Source: Candidatus Beckwithbacteria bacterium CG10_big_fil_rev_8_21_14_0_10_34_10 (GTDB taxonomy: Bacteria; Patescibacteriota; Microgenomatia; UBA1400). From it: DNA of 59,042 bases. Positions within the stretch are counted from its first letter, which is position 1; each line of letters opens with the position of its first letter. The notes under the pieces are model-generated. The model was not told the DNA's origin. It saw only the letters and a list, made by a program, of their open reading frames with translations, and searched no databases. The position numbers and the translations under genes were made by a program. The DNA is taken from NCBI GenBank assembly GCA_002773945.1, contig PEZT01000001.1, positions 71,565 through 130,606 on the forward strand. Reading direction: 5' to 3'. Shown here piece after piece: positions 9,524 to 19,204 of the stretch.

Positions 9524-9598
9524 ATGAAAATTACAAATAAAATTTTTTATAGCAAGTTTTTCTTTTTTAACTTCCAGAAAGAGGAGGTGATTTTGTAG
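9524..9598 (+). CDS. Phe-rich leader peptide (pheL-like), 24 aa
   Basis: MKITNKIFYSKFFFFNFQKEEVIL*: 6 Phe and 1 Tyr codons, then AGGAGGTG complementary to the terminator 5' arm. Confidence 0.78.
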   Translation: MKITNKIFYSKFFFFNFQKEEVIL

Positions 9599-9625
9599 TT
9601 TTTATAATTATTTAAAAATAGATAA

Positions 9626-9649
9626 CACCTCCTAACAAGGAGGTTTTTT
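9626..9649 (+). terminator. Attenuator terminator 2
   Basis: ACCTCCT-AACA-AGGAGGT followed by TTTTT. Confidence 0.8.
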
Positions 9650-9670
9650 ATTGCTTTAAAAGGAGTTTCT

Positions 9671-9859
9671 ATGAACGAAAAATCAGAAAATAATATTTGT
9701 CAGCTACCCTTAGAATCACAGATAAAAGAGATGGTCATTCTAATTGCCTCTACTATAGGAGGAAATCAAGAACTCGCCGAATCAGCCGCCAGAAATCTAG
9801 GCTGTTTACCGGGAGAAATAGAAAATAAAGAGCCTAATAATGGTCGTACCACATATTAA
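9671..9859 (+). CDS. Hypothetical 62-aa protein
   Basis: SD AAGGAG; overlaps the start of the dehydratase gene by 20 nt. Confidence 0.55.
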   Translation: MNEKSENNICQLPLESQIKEMVILIASTIGGNQELAESAARNLGCLPGEIENKEPNNGRTTY

Positions 9860-10412
9860 AGTTTGCTATCAAGGAATTCCTGGAGCTTATAGCCAGATAG
9901 CTATTGATAAATATTTTAAAAGAAAGGCTCTCGCTTATTCTAAAAAAGAGTTCAAGGATTTATTTAAATCTGTTTTAGAAAAAAAGTCTGATTATGCTAT
10001 GGTGCCGATAGTAAACTCTATTATTGGCCCAATTAAAAAGAATGTTAAACTAATGGCTAAATATTCTCTTCCCATTAAAGGAAAAGTTTCTCTTTATATT
10101 AACCACTGTCTTTTAGTAGTCCCAGCAAAAGGAGTTAATCCTAGTAAGCGTCTAAAAGAACTAAGGAAGGTTTACTCTCATCCAGCCGCTCTAGCCCAAT
10201 GTTATAAATTTTTTAAAACCCACCCTTGGCTAAAACCAATTAAAGCTAATGATACGGCCGGAAGTGCTAAAAAACTAGCCATCTCAAAAGACAAAAATAC
10301 CAGTGTCATAGCCAGTAGCAAAGCCGCTAAACTATATAAGCTTCAAATAATAAAAAAGAATTTAGCGGGGAAAAACAACTATACTCATTTCTTAGTTATT
10401 AGTAGAAAGTAA
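9840..10412 (+). CDS. pheA: Prephenate dehydratase catalytic domain only (no ACT domain)
   Basis: YQGIPGAYS, VPIVNSIIG, INHCLL, VYSHPAALAQC, DTAGSA, NYTHFLVI; ends right after the TRF-equivalent motif. Confidence 0.8.
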   Translation: MVVPHIKVCYQGIPGAYSQIAIDKYFKRKALAYSKKEFKDLFKSVLEKKSDYAMVPIVNSIIGPIKKNVKLMAKYSLPIKGKVSLYINHCLLVVPAKGVNPSKRLKELRKVYSHPAALAQCYKFFKTHPWLKPIKANDTAGSAKKLAISKDKNTSVIASSKAAKLYKLQIIKKNLAGKNNYTHFLVISRK

Positions 10413-10467
10413 CTGTAACAAATTGACACCGACAAACATAAATTGATAAAATAGGTTGTTGTTAAAA

Positions 10468-10544
10468 GGGCTCGTAGCTCAGTTGGCTAGAGCGTTCGCT
10501 TGACGTGCGAAAGGTCACAGGTTCGAGTCCTGTCGAGCCCACCA
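10468..10544 (+). tRNA. tRNA-Val(GAC)
   Basis: GGGCTCG/CGAGCCC acceptor, TTCGC-TTGACGT-GCGAA, encoded CCA; TTGACA...TG-a-TAAAAT promoter at 10423-10452. Confidence 0.96.
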
Positions 10545-10621
10545 ATAAAAATAAACAGCCTTAGAGATTCTTCTTTCTTTTTTTTGTGTTTACTGATAAA
10601 ATTTTTACAGGAATAATACAG

Positions 10622-12388
10622 ATGAATAAAGCTAAAAATAATTTACTTAAAACCATGCGGCATTCCTGCGAGCATATTCTTCACCAGGCAGTGGTTGAGC
10701 TTTTTCCGGGTTTAAAAAGAGCCATGGGACCGGCAACTGATGAAGGTTTTTATCTTGATTTTGACTATCAAGAAAAAATAGCTGAATCAGATTTTCCCAA
10801 AATTGAAAAAAGAATGAGGGAAATTATTAAAGCTGACTTGCCGATTATCAGAAAAGTTATTTCTCTTCCTGAAGCTAGAAAACTCTTTAAAAACAATCCA
10901 TATAAACAAGAATGGCTTTTGGAAATTGAAAAAAAAGGGGAAAAAGCGACTGTTTATTGGACAGGAAAACCTAATCTGCCTGGTTCTGATGTAGATCTTT
11001 GTAAAGGCCCTCACGTTCAATCAACTGGCAGAATCGGTCCTTTTAAACTTTTATCAGTCGCCGGCGCTTATTGGCATGGAGATGAAAAAAACAAAATGTT
11101 AACTCGAATTTATGGAACTTGCTTTAAAACAAAAAAAGATTTAGATAAATACTTATGGCAGATTGAAGAGGCCAAAAAACGAGATCATCGAGTTTTAGGT
11201 CAAAAATTAGAGTTATTTATGTTTGATGATGAAGTCGGCCAAGGTCTGCCTCTTTATCTTCCTAAAGGAGCCATGATCCGCCATTTATTAATGGATTTTG
11301 CCCTTAAAACCTATCTTAAAAATGGTTATGAACTGGTTTCTACTCCCCATATTGGTTCAGAAAGCCTCTGGCAGCGTTCTGGCCATTTGAAATTTTATGC
11401 TGAGAGTATGTATGGTCCTATGGAAGTTGAGGGCAAAAAATACCGCTTAAAACCAATGAACTGTCCTTTTCAAGTAAAAATGTATACGGCAAAAATTAGA
11501 AGCTACAAGGAATTGCCCATCAGGTGGACGGAAATGGGAACTGTTTACCGCTATGAAAAATCCGGTGAGCTCCATGGTTTAACTAGACCTCGGGGCTTTA
11601 CTCAAGATGATGCCCATATAATCTGCACTCCTAAACAACTCGAAGCAGAAATTAAAGCTGCTTTGGAAATTACTAGCTATATGTATAAAACTTTGAAAAT
11701 GGACAAACTTATCTATAAACTATCAGTCCGCGACCCTCAAAAACTTAGCAAATACTTTGGTCAAGCTCAAGATTGGAATCAAGCAGAAGAAACTTTAAAA
11801 AAAGTTTTAGTTGGCCTTGGCCACGAACATTATGAAGTTGATGTTGGTGGGGCTGTTTTTTACGCTCCAAAAATTGATATTGATGGCGTTGATTCCTTAG
11901 GAAGACGCTGGCAACTTTCTACCGTTCAAATAGATTTTAATCTGCCGGCTAAATTCCAAATGAAATACATTGATAAAGACGGCCAGGAGAAAACGCCTTT
12001 TATGATTCATCGGGCCTTACTGGGCTCAATTGAAAGGTTTTTGGGCGTTTACATTGAACATACTGCTGGCGCTTTTCCTTTATGGCTATCACCAGTTCAA
12101 GTAAAAATTATTCCTATTTCCCGGAAGCACTTAGCTTATTCTAAAAAACTTTCTGCTAGGTTAAAAGCAAACAGCATTAGAGTTGAAATTAATGATAAAG
12201 ATGCCACCATGCAGAAAAAGATTAAGGAAGCAGAAGAAGAAAAAATCCCCTATATGTTGGTTATTGGTGATAGGGAAGTAAAAGAGAACATCGTTTCTGT
12301 CAGAAAAAGAGGGAAAAAAGATTTGGAAACAATGAAGGTCGAAAAGTTTTTAAGTAAAATTAAAACAGAAATTGAAGAAAAGTCATAA
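10622..12388 (+). CDS. thrS: Threonine--tRNA ligase
   Basis: RHSCEH, DLCKGPHV, RDHRVLG, KPMNCP, FTQDDAH, HRALLGSIERF; start set to ATG 10622. Confidence 0.97.
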   Translation: MNKAKNNLLKTMRHSCEHILHQAVVELFPGLKRAMGPATDEGFYLDFDYQEKIAESDFPKIEKRMREIIKADLPIIRKVISLPEARKLFKNNPYKQEWLLEIEKKGEKATVYWTGKPNLPGSDVDLCKGPHVQSTGRIGPFKLLSVAGAYWHGDEKNKMLTRIYGTCFKTKKDLDKYLWQIEEAKKRDHRVLGQKLELFMFDDEVGQGLPLYLPKGAMIRHLLMDFALKTYLKNGYELVSTPHIGSESLWQRSGHLKFYAESMYGPMEVEGKKYRLKPMNCPFQVKMYTAKIRSYKELPIRWTEMGTVYRYEKSGELHGLTRPRGFTQDDAHIICTPKQLEAEIKAALEITSYMYKTLKMDKLIYKLSVRDPQKLSKYFGQAQDWNQAEETLKKVLVGLGHEHYEVDVGGAVFYAPKIDIDGVDSLGRRWQLSTVQIDFNLPAKFQMKYIDKDGQEKTPFMIHRALLGSIERFLGVYIEHTAGAFPLWLSPVQVKIIPISRKHLAYSKKLSARLKANSIRVEINDKDATMQKKIKEAEEEKIPYMLVIGDREVKENIVSVRKRGKKDLETMKVEKFLSKIKTEIEEKS

Positions 12389-12418
12389 ATTTGATAAGAT
12401 ATACAATGGAGGATAACT

Positions 12419-12964
12419 ATAAAAAGGTTTTATAGAATTAATCAATATATTCAGGCTGAGAAAGTTAGGGTTATTACAGATGAAGGAAAGCAGCTTGGAG
12501 TAATCACGCTTAATGAAGCTTTATTTCAAGCGAGACAAAAAGGATTAGACTTGGTTGAGGTGGCAGAAAAAGCCCAGCCGCCAGTTTGCAAGATAATAGA
12601 CTTTAAAAAGTTTAAGTATCAAGAGGCTAAAAAATTAAGGTCAGGCAAAAAAGGAAAAAAGCAGGATTTAAAAGAAATCCGTTTTACTCCTTTTATTGCC
12701 TCTAAGGATTACCAAACAAGAATTGAAAGAGCCAAAGAATTTTTAAATCAGGGTCATAAAGTCAGATTAAGTGTTAAGTTTGTTGGCCGGCAGATAACCA
12801 GAAAGGAATTTGGTCACAAACTTTTAACTAGAGCGGTTAAAGAATTGGAAAATATTAGTAAAGTTGAGGCTGAGCCCAAATTCCAAGGCCGGCTCTTAAT
12901 GACAGTTTTAAAAGCTAAAGGAGTTATGAAAGATGCCCAAACAAAAAACAAGAAAATCAGTTAA
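12419..12964 (+). CDS. infC: Translation initiation factor IF-3 with non-canonical ATA start
   Basis: Frame extends upstream of the track start as IKRFYRINQYIQAEKVRVI; GGAGG at 12408-12412 then ATA at 12419; position between thrS and rpmI. Confidence 0.9.
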   Translation: MKRFYRINQYIQAEKVRVITDEGKQLGVITLNEALFQARQKGLDLVEVAEKAQPPVCKIIDFKKFKYQEAKKLRSGKKGKKQDLKEIRFTPFIASKDYQTRIERAKEFLNQGHKVRLSVKFVGRQITRKEFGHKLLTRAVKELENISKVEAEPKFQGRLLMTVLKAKGVMKDAQTKNKKIS

Positions 12965-13121
12965 AAAAAGGTTTAAAGTTAGTAAAACCGGTAAACTACT
13001 TCGTCGAGGCTCATGCGGGAGGCATCTTAATGCTAAAAAAAGCCAGAAAAGAAGAAGAAGACAGAAAAAAACTAAAGTGTTTATTGGTAAAATGGCTAAA
13101 AAAATTAGAAAGGTAATTTAA
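12933..13121 (+). CDS. rpmI: 50S ribosomal protein L35
   Basis: MPKQKTRKSVKKRFKVSKTGK; synteny. Confidence 0.95.
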   Translation: MPKQKTRKSVKKRFKVSKTGKLLRRGSCGRHLNAKKSQKRRRRQKKTKVFIGKMAKKIRKVI

Positions 13122-13122
13122 A

Positions 13123-13464
13123 ATGAGAGCAAAAACTGGAACAGTTAGACGACAGGGTCATAAAAAGGTCTTAAATCGAACCAAAGGCATGAGAATGTCA
13201 AAAGGAAGGTTGTTTCGGATTTCAAAAGAAGCTGATCTTCATGCTGGCCAATACAGCTATATTGGACGGAAGTTAAAAAAAAGAAATTTTAGAAAACTGT
13301 GGATTCAAAGAATTAATGCCGCTTTAAATCCTTTAAATCTTAAATATAGTGTTTTTATTAAAAAGCTTTCGGATAATAAAATTGAACTAAATCGAAAAAT
13401 TTTAGCTGACATAGCGGTTCATGATCAAGAAGGCTTTAAGAAAATTGTTAACAAACTAAAGTAA
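13123..13464 (+). CDS. rplT: 50S ribosomal protein L20
   Basis: KKRNFRKLWIQRINAA, LNRKILADIA. Confidence 0.96.
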   Translation: MRAKTGTVRRQGHKKVLNRTKGMRMSKGRLFRISKEADLHAGQYSYIGRKLKKRNFRKLWIQRINAALNPLNLKYSVFIKKLSDNKIELNRKILADIAVHDQEGFKKIVNKLK

Positions 13465-13479
13465 ACTTCTTTTAAAATA

Positions 13480-14514
13480 ATGAAGGAATCTCTCCATAAT
13501 TTAAGAAATGAAGCCTTGGCTTTAATTCAAGAAGCTAGGGATATTAAAGAAATAAATTCTTTAAAAATTTCTTTTCTTGGAAGAAAAGGCAAACTTAATG
13601 AATATACCAAAAAATTTTCTGAACTTAAAAAAGAAGAAAAAATTGAACTGGGGCAATTGATTAATGAACTGAAAAAAGCCATTGAGGGAGCTTTAAGAAG
13701 AAAAGAAAGAAGTTTAAAAAGTGATCAGCCAAAAAAAACTGATTGGTTTGATTTTACTTTGCCGGGTAAAAGACCGGAGCAAGGTCATCTTCATTTAGTT
13801 TCTCAAGCAATTGCCGAAATTTCTGATATTTTTGAAAAAATTGGCTTTGTCAGAGTTCGTTATCCCCAAGTTGAATGGGATTGGTATGCTTTTGAAGCTT
13901 TAAATATGCCCAAAAACCACCCAGCCAGAGATGAATGGGAAACATTATTCATTAAAGCTCCTCCTCATAAAAAATACGGCCAGATGGTTTTAACCCCTCA
14001 AACTTCTTCAGGCCAAATAAGAGAAATGGAAAGACTAAAAAAACCACCCATTAAAATGATTAATATTGCCAAATGCCACCGCCGCCAACAGGATATTACT
14101 CACACAATTATGTTTCACCAGTTTGAAGGACTTTTAATTGATAAAAATATCAGTATTGCCAATCTTAAAGGAGTCCTTGACTATTTTGCTAAAAGCTTTT
14201 ATGGACCAGAAAGAAAAACCAGACTTAGACCATTTCATTTCAATTTTACTGAACCTTCTTTTGAAGTCGATATTAATTGCCCCTTTTGCTTAGGCAAAGG
14301 CTGCCGGACATGCAAAAGCGGCTGGCATGAGTTAGGCGGGGCAGGAATGGTTCATCCTAATGTTTTAAAAGCGTCTGGATTTGATAGTAAAAAATATAAT
14401 GGCTTTGCCTTTGGTTTTGGAGTAGAAAGAACTTTTATGATGAGATCAGGGATTAAAATTGATGATTTAAGACTATTTTACAGTAATGATTTAAGGTTTT
14501 TATGGCAATTTTAA
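13480..14514 (+). CDS. pheS: Phenylalanine--tRNA ligase alpha subunit
   Basis: HPARD, FHQFEGL, FNFTEPSFEVD, GAGMVHPNV, GFAFGFGVER. Confidence 0.96.
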   Translation: MKESLHNLRNEALALIQEARDIKEINSLKISFLGRKGKLNEYTKKFSELKKEEKIELGQLINELKKAIEGALRRKERSLKSDQPKKTDWFDFTLPGKRPEQGHLHLVSQAIAEISDIFEKIGFVRVRYPQVEWDWYAFEALNMPKNHPARDEWETLFIKAPPHKKYGQMVLTPQTSSGQIREMERLKKPPIKMINIAKCHRRQQDITHTIMFHQFEGLLIDKNISIANLKGVLDYFAKSFYGPERKTRLRPFHFNFTEPSFEVDINCPFCLGKGCRTCKSGWHELGGAGMVHPNVLKASGFDSKKYNGFAFGFGVERTFMMRSGIKIDDLRLFYSNDLRFLWQF

Positions 14515-14515
14515 A

Positions 14516-16567
14516 ATGAATATATTAATTCCCCATAACTGGTTAAAAGAATATTTGGAAACTAATGCTAGTCCTAAAAAAATAGCGGATTGCTTATCTT
14601 TATGTGGGGCTTCTGTTGAAAAAGTGATTAAAAAAAATAGTAACTATGTCTATGATATTGAAATCACTACCAATAGGGTAGACATGATGAGTGTTTTGGG
14701 AATTGCCCGGGAACTAAGTGTTATTTTACCCCAATTTGGAATTAAAGCCCGGCTTAAAAAAGATCCTTATAAACTTTTAGATCAAAGGCCTTCACCTAAA
14801 TATGGTCTTAAAAGAATTCTTGATTTGACAATTCAAGACTCAAAAATTTGTCCTCGATTTACAGCAGTGGTGATTAAAAACCTTAAAATAAAGCCTTCGC
14901 CTAAATTAATTCAGGAAAGGTTAATCCTGGCTGGCTTGCGGCCAATTAATAACATTGTTGACTTAACAAATTACCTTATGAGGGAGCTAGGTCAGCCATT
15001 TCATGCTTTTGATTGGAATGAAATAAAAAAACAAAAAATGGTTTTAAGATTAAGTAAAAAAGGTGAGAAAATTACCACCCTAGATGGAAAAACTTTTGAC
15101 CTACCAGGTGATGACATTATTATTGAAGATGGTGATAAAAGAATTATTGATCTTTGCGGGATTATGGGAGGAAAGAATAGTCAGATAACTTCCAAAACTA
15201 AATCAATTCTTTTGTTTGTTCAAACATATGATCCTCGTTTAATTAGAAAGAGTAGTATGAACTTAAGCCAAAGAACTGAAGCCTCCGCTTTATTTGAAAA
15301 ATCACCTGATCCAGAAATGGTGTTACCGGCTTTATATAAAGGAATTGACTTACTTAAGAAAAATGCCCAAGGAGAAATAGGGAGCAAAATTATTGATGTT
15401 TATAATAAGCCGTATAAAGTAAAAAATGTTGATTTGAATCATCTTCTAATAGAACAATACCTTAGTTTTAAAATTAAACCCATTAAGGTTATTAAGATTT
15501 TGAAGTCTCTGGGTTTTGAGACTAAATATAAACAATCTAAAAATACCTATCTTGTTTCTATTCCTTCCTGGAGAGCCAAAGATATAAATCTTCAGGAAGA
15601 TCTGATTGAGGAAATTGCCCGGATTTACGGTTATCATAACTTACCCTCCAAGCTGCCTCGAGCTGTGGTTGGATATCAAAGCCCCAATAAAAGTGATTTA
15701 GAATGGGAAAAAAAGATTAAAACCTTACTTAAGGGCTGGGGTTTAACAGAAATTATGACTTATACAATGCAGTCTCGAAAGCAAATTATCAACTTCAACT
15801 TAGATCCTACTTTTCACTTGGAAATTAAAAATCCCTTAATTCAAGATTGGCAGTATTTGAGAAAGAATCTTCTTCCTTCTATTCTCTCAGTTATTAAAGA
15901 TAATTTGGGTAAAAGTGATAATCTTAAGCTGTTTGAAATTGGAGATGTTTTTATTCCTCAGAATAATAATTTACCCTTAGAAAAAAGAAAATTAGCAATT
16001 GTCTTTAGCAAGGATAGATTTTTTGAGCTTAAAGGTATTTTAGAATCAATGTTTAAAGAAATAGGAATTTTAAAGGTAGTCTTTAAAAAAGCTAAAAATA
16101 TTAATCCTTCAACATGGCAGAGCGCTAAAACAGCGACAATTTATGCTAAAAAGAATGGTCAAGAAATTAATCTGGGAAAAATTGGTCTTTTAAGTGAAGT
16201 AAAAACTAATTTTGAGATTAAAGATGAGCTTATCCTTGCTTATCTTAATTTTGATAATCTAACTAGGTTAGCCTCTAAAAAAAAGATATATCAACCAATC
16301 CCTAAATATCCTGCCTTAATAGAGGACTTAACCTTTACTTTAGATAGATCTGTTTACTACGGTTCTTTAGAAAAATTAATCTTGAATACTAATCCTTTAG
16401 TTAAAAAAGTAGAGTTTTTAAATAAATTTAAAAGAAATTTAAGTTTACGAATTTACTATCAGGATAGCAAAAAAAACTTAACTGACAAGGAAATTGAAAA
16501 AATCAGAAAACAGATTATTCTTAAGGTTCAGCGGAAGGGCTGGGGGAGACTTCTGGGGAAGGTGTAG
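14516..16567 (+). CDS. pheT: Phenylalanine--tRNA ligase beta subunit (short form)
   Basis: ITTNRVD, INNIVDLTNY, GQPFHAFD, DLIEEIARIYGY; follows pheS. Confidence 0.94.
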   Translation: MNILIPHNWLKEYLETNASPKKIADCLSLCGASVEKVIKKNSNYVYDIEITTNRVDMMSVLGIARELSVILPQFGIKARLKKDPYKLLDQRPSPKYGLKRILDLTIQDSKICPRFTAVVIKNLKIKPSPKLIQERLILAGLRPINNIVDLTNYLMRELGQPFHAFDWNEIKKQKMVLRLSKKGEKITTLDGKTFDLPGDDIIIEDGDKRIIDLCGIMGGKNSQITSKTKSILLFVQTYDPRLIRKSSMNLSQRTEASALFEKSPDPEMVLPALYKGIDLLKKNAQGEIGSKIIDVYNKPYKVKNVDLNHLLIEQYLSFKIKPIKVIKILKSLGFETKYKQSKNTYLVSIPSWRAKDINLQEDLIEEIARIYGYHNLPSKLPRAVVGYQSPNKSDLEWEKKIKTLLKGWGLTEIMTYTMQSRKQIINFNLDPTFHLEIKNPLIQDWQYLRKNLLPSILSVIKDNLGKSDNLKLFEIGDVFIPQNNNLPLEKRKLAIVFSKDRFFELKGILESMFKEIGILKVVFKKAKNINPSTWQSAKTATIYAKKNGQEINLGKIGLLSEVKTNFEIKDELILAYLNFDNLTRLASKKKIYQPIPKYPALIEDLTFTLDRSVYYGSLEKLILNTNPLVKKVEFLNKFKRNLSLRIYYQDSKKNLTDKEIEKIRKQIILKVQRKGWGRLLGKV

Positions 16568-19145
16568 GCGTAGGACTCGGGCTGGGACTAGCCTTGGGAT
16601 CCTGGTTAACTCCAATTTCAATTGTTTTTTCACCTTCATTTGCTTTTTCGTCTTTGGCTTTCACTTTTAATTTATGAATCCCGTCTGAAGCACTTAAGCT
16701 AGTATTAAATGGCTTTTCTGTCAAAGTTTTTTTAAGCTCGTCATCCAAATATATTTTAACTTCCTTAATCTTATAATTAGAAGTAATTTCCAAATCGACT
16801 TCAAAATTACTGCTAACCTTTGACTTATCACCTGGCTTTCTAATATTTATAATTACTTCATCTGTTACCTCACAATAATCCCGAGGAAATTTATATTTCT
16901 CATCGCTTTGCTGTTCAAGCCAAGCATCAATTCCTTCCTGCCAGCGATTTTTGTCAGTATTCAAAGGATCATCTTCTTTTAAAACAATAAATTCTTTTTC
17001 TTCATATTCACCCTTAGCTACCAGGGTGTCAGGGGCAAGTTTTCCCTGATCACTCCTACAGATTTTAAGTTTAGTATGAATTGGATCAGTTCCGGTTGGT
17101 TCTGTTCCTTTAATAAAAAATTCTTTCCGGCTGGCCCAGCCATCATGAGAAGAATAACCAGAAATAACGTCCACTTCCTTTGAAACTATCCCTGAAGGAA
17201 GACTAAACTCTTGGATTGGTTCCTTTTTTAAAACTTCTAAGATAATTCTTCTCCAGATAGGAGAGGCGCCGGAAATACCTGAGGCTACCTGTTTCATTTG
17301 ACTATTATCATTGTTACCCACCCAGATGGCAACAATTTTTCCTGGAGTCCAACCAATGGCCCAGTTATCCCGCATATCATCAGTGGTTCCGGTTTTAACT
17401 GCTACTGATCTACCAGAAATATTTAAAAGGCTATTAGCTCCAAAGGTTAGAATCCGAGCTTGGTTATCTGATAGAATATCACTTATTAAAAAAGCCTCTT
17501 CTTCGCTGATTACTTGTTTACCCTTAGTATCTTTATATTCTTCAAGGGTTTTTCCCTGGGTATCTTCTATTTTCAGAATTGCCACTGGACTGACTTTTCT
17601 ACCTTTATTAGCAAAGCTAGAATAAGAGGAAATCAAATCTAAAAGTCGAACTTCACCTCCACCCAAGGTGACAGTTAAGCCAAACCTGCCTATATTAGCA
17701 TCAGTCGGCTCTAAAGTAGTTAAACCGAGATCGAAAGCTGTTTGAAGCATGTTTTTTAGTCCCGTCATTGCCAATAGTTTTACTGAAGGGATATTAAGAG
17801 AGTTACCTAAAGCATATCTTAATTGAACTGGGCCATGGGTTTTGCCATCATAATTTTTGGGAATATAGTCAGCCCGACCAGCTCCGCCAGGAAAATGAGT
17901 AATAACATCAATTAAAAGGCTGGCTGGAGTATAACCCCTTTTTAAAGCCGCTAAATAAGTGATTGGTTTTATGGCTGATCCTGGCTGGCGTAGGGATAAA
18001 CAAACATTTACCTGGCCATCATAATCTTTATCAAAATAATTTTTACTCCCCACCATGGCTAAAATTTCACCAGTATTAGGATCCATTACCATAGCCGCCC
18101 CATTAGTAATGTTTAAAACTTCTACTTTCTCTATTTCTTCACTCACTATTTCTTGAGCCTCTTTCTGCAATTCCCAATCCAAAGTCGTATGAACTTTTAA
18201 ACCCCCTTGCTCAATGACGGCTTCACCATAACGCTCTTCTAAAAGACTTTTTATATACATAACAAAGTGGGGGGCTTTAAACTGTTCTTCGGTGGGATTA
18301 AACTTAATTTTTTCTAAATCTTCTAATGCCTGTTTTTCTTGGTCTTTAGTAATATAATCATCTTCTCTCATTCTTCTTAAAACATCTTTCGTCCGGCTCT
18401 CATAGGCTTTGGGGTTAGGCCCGAAAGGGGAGAAAAAAGATGGCCTTTGCGGCAAACCAGCTAAAATAGCAGACTCAATTAAGTTTAATTCCTGAACTTC
18501 TTTAGCAAAATATGTTTCTGAAGCTGTTCCCACTCCCCAGGCTGTTCCCCCATAAGGAGCTTCATTTAAATACATTTTCAAGATTTCATCCTTGGTATAT
18601 TTCTTCTCAATTTGAATGGCTAGAGCAAATTCCTTAATTTTCCGGCTGATAACCCTTTTAGGACTTAAAAGAACATTTTTAACCAGTTGCTGGGTTAAAG
18701 TCGACCCACCTTCAATCCGGCCCTTAAAAACAATATTAAAGCCTGCCCTTATCCAACCTCGAGGATCAAAACCTTTATGTTCATAAAAGTTTTTATCTTC
18801 AATAGCAACGGTCGCATCTTTTAAATACTGGGGAATTTTATCCCACTCAACCGGGGTTCTTTGCTGGTCGGCAAAAACATCATATAAAAGAATACCTTCC
18901 CTGTCATAAATTTTAGTGGAAAAGCCTTCCTTTCTAACAATTTTATCTGGCTGAGGTAAATCTTTAGAATACCAGGCAAAAAGAAGGGTTGAAAAAAGAA
19001 AAAGAACAATTAAACCAACAAAACTTCCTAAAGTAACATATTTAAGTAATTGAGTTTTTGTCAGGTTTTTAAAAGGATTTTTTTTTCTGAAACTCTTTAG
19101 GCGACATTTCCAGGCTGGTCGCCGATATCTTCTTCTTAAAACCAT
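16521..19145 (-). CDS. Class A penicillin-binding protein (PBP1A-type) with C-terminal Ig-like domain and Ser/Pro tail
   Basis: EDKNFYEHKG, GGSTLTQQLVK, RKIKE, QPGSAIKP, SLN, KTGT. Confidence 0.94.
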   Translation of the reverse strand: MVLRRRYRRPAWKCRLKSFRKKNPFKNLTKTQLLKYVTLGSFVGLIVLFLFSTLLFAWYSKDLPQPDKIVRKEGFSTKIYDREGILLYDVFADQQRTPVEWDKIPQYLKDATVAIEDKNFYEHKGFDPRGWIRAGFNIVFKGRIEGGSTLTQQLVKNVLLSPKRVISRKIKEFALAIQIEKKYTKDEILKMYLNEAPYGGTAWGVGTASETYFAKEVQELNLIESAILAGLPQRPSFFSPFGPNPKAYESRTKDVLRRMREDDYITKDQEKQALEDLEKIKFNPTEEQFKAPHFVMYIKSLLEERYGEAVIEQGGLKVHTTLDWELQKEAQEIVSEEIEKVEVLNITNGAAMVMDPNTGEILAMVGSKNYFDKDYDGQVNVCLSLRQPGSAIKPITYLAALKRGYTPASLLIDVITHFPGGAGRADYIPKNYDGKTHGPVQLRYALGNSLNIPSVKLLAMTGLKNMLQTAFDLGLTTLEPTDANIGRFGLTVTLGGGEVRLLDLISSYSSFANKGRKVSPVAILKIEDTQGKTLEEYKDTKGKQVISEEEAFLISDILSDNQARILTFGANSLLNISGRSVAVKTGTTDDMRDNWAIGWTPGKIVAIWVGNNDNSQMKQVASGISGASPIWRRIILEVLKKEPIQEFSLPSGIVSKEVDVISGYSSHDGWASRKEFFIKGTEPTGTDPIHTKLKICRSDQGKLAPDTLVAKGEYEEKEFIVLKEDDPLNTDKNRWQEGIDAWLEQQSDEKYKFPRDYCEVTDEVIINIRKPGDKSKVSSNFEVDLEITSNYKIKEVKIYLDDELKKTLTEKPFNTSLSASDGIHKLKVKAKDEKANEGEKTIEIGVNQDPKASPSPSPTPTPSPEVSPSPSAEP

Positions 19146-19204
19146 AAATAAATTTTAGCATTAAATTAGACAAAAGCAAACTTATGGCATAAAATTAAAT
19201 TAAG

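Noticed and set aside
10545-10621. Possible T-box leader before thrS
   Set aside because: Only about 77 nt between tRNA-Val and the start; no T-box consensus or terminator
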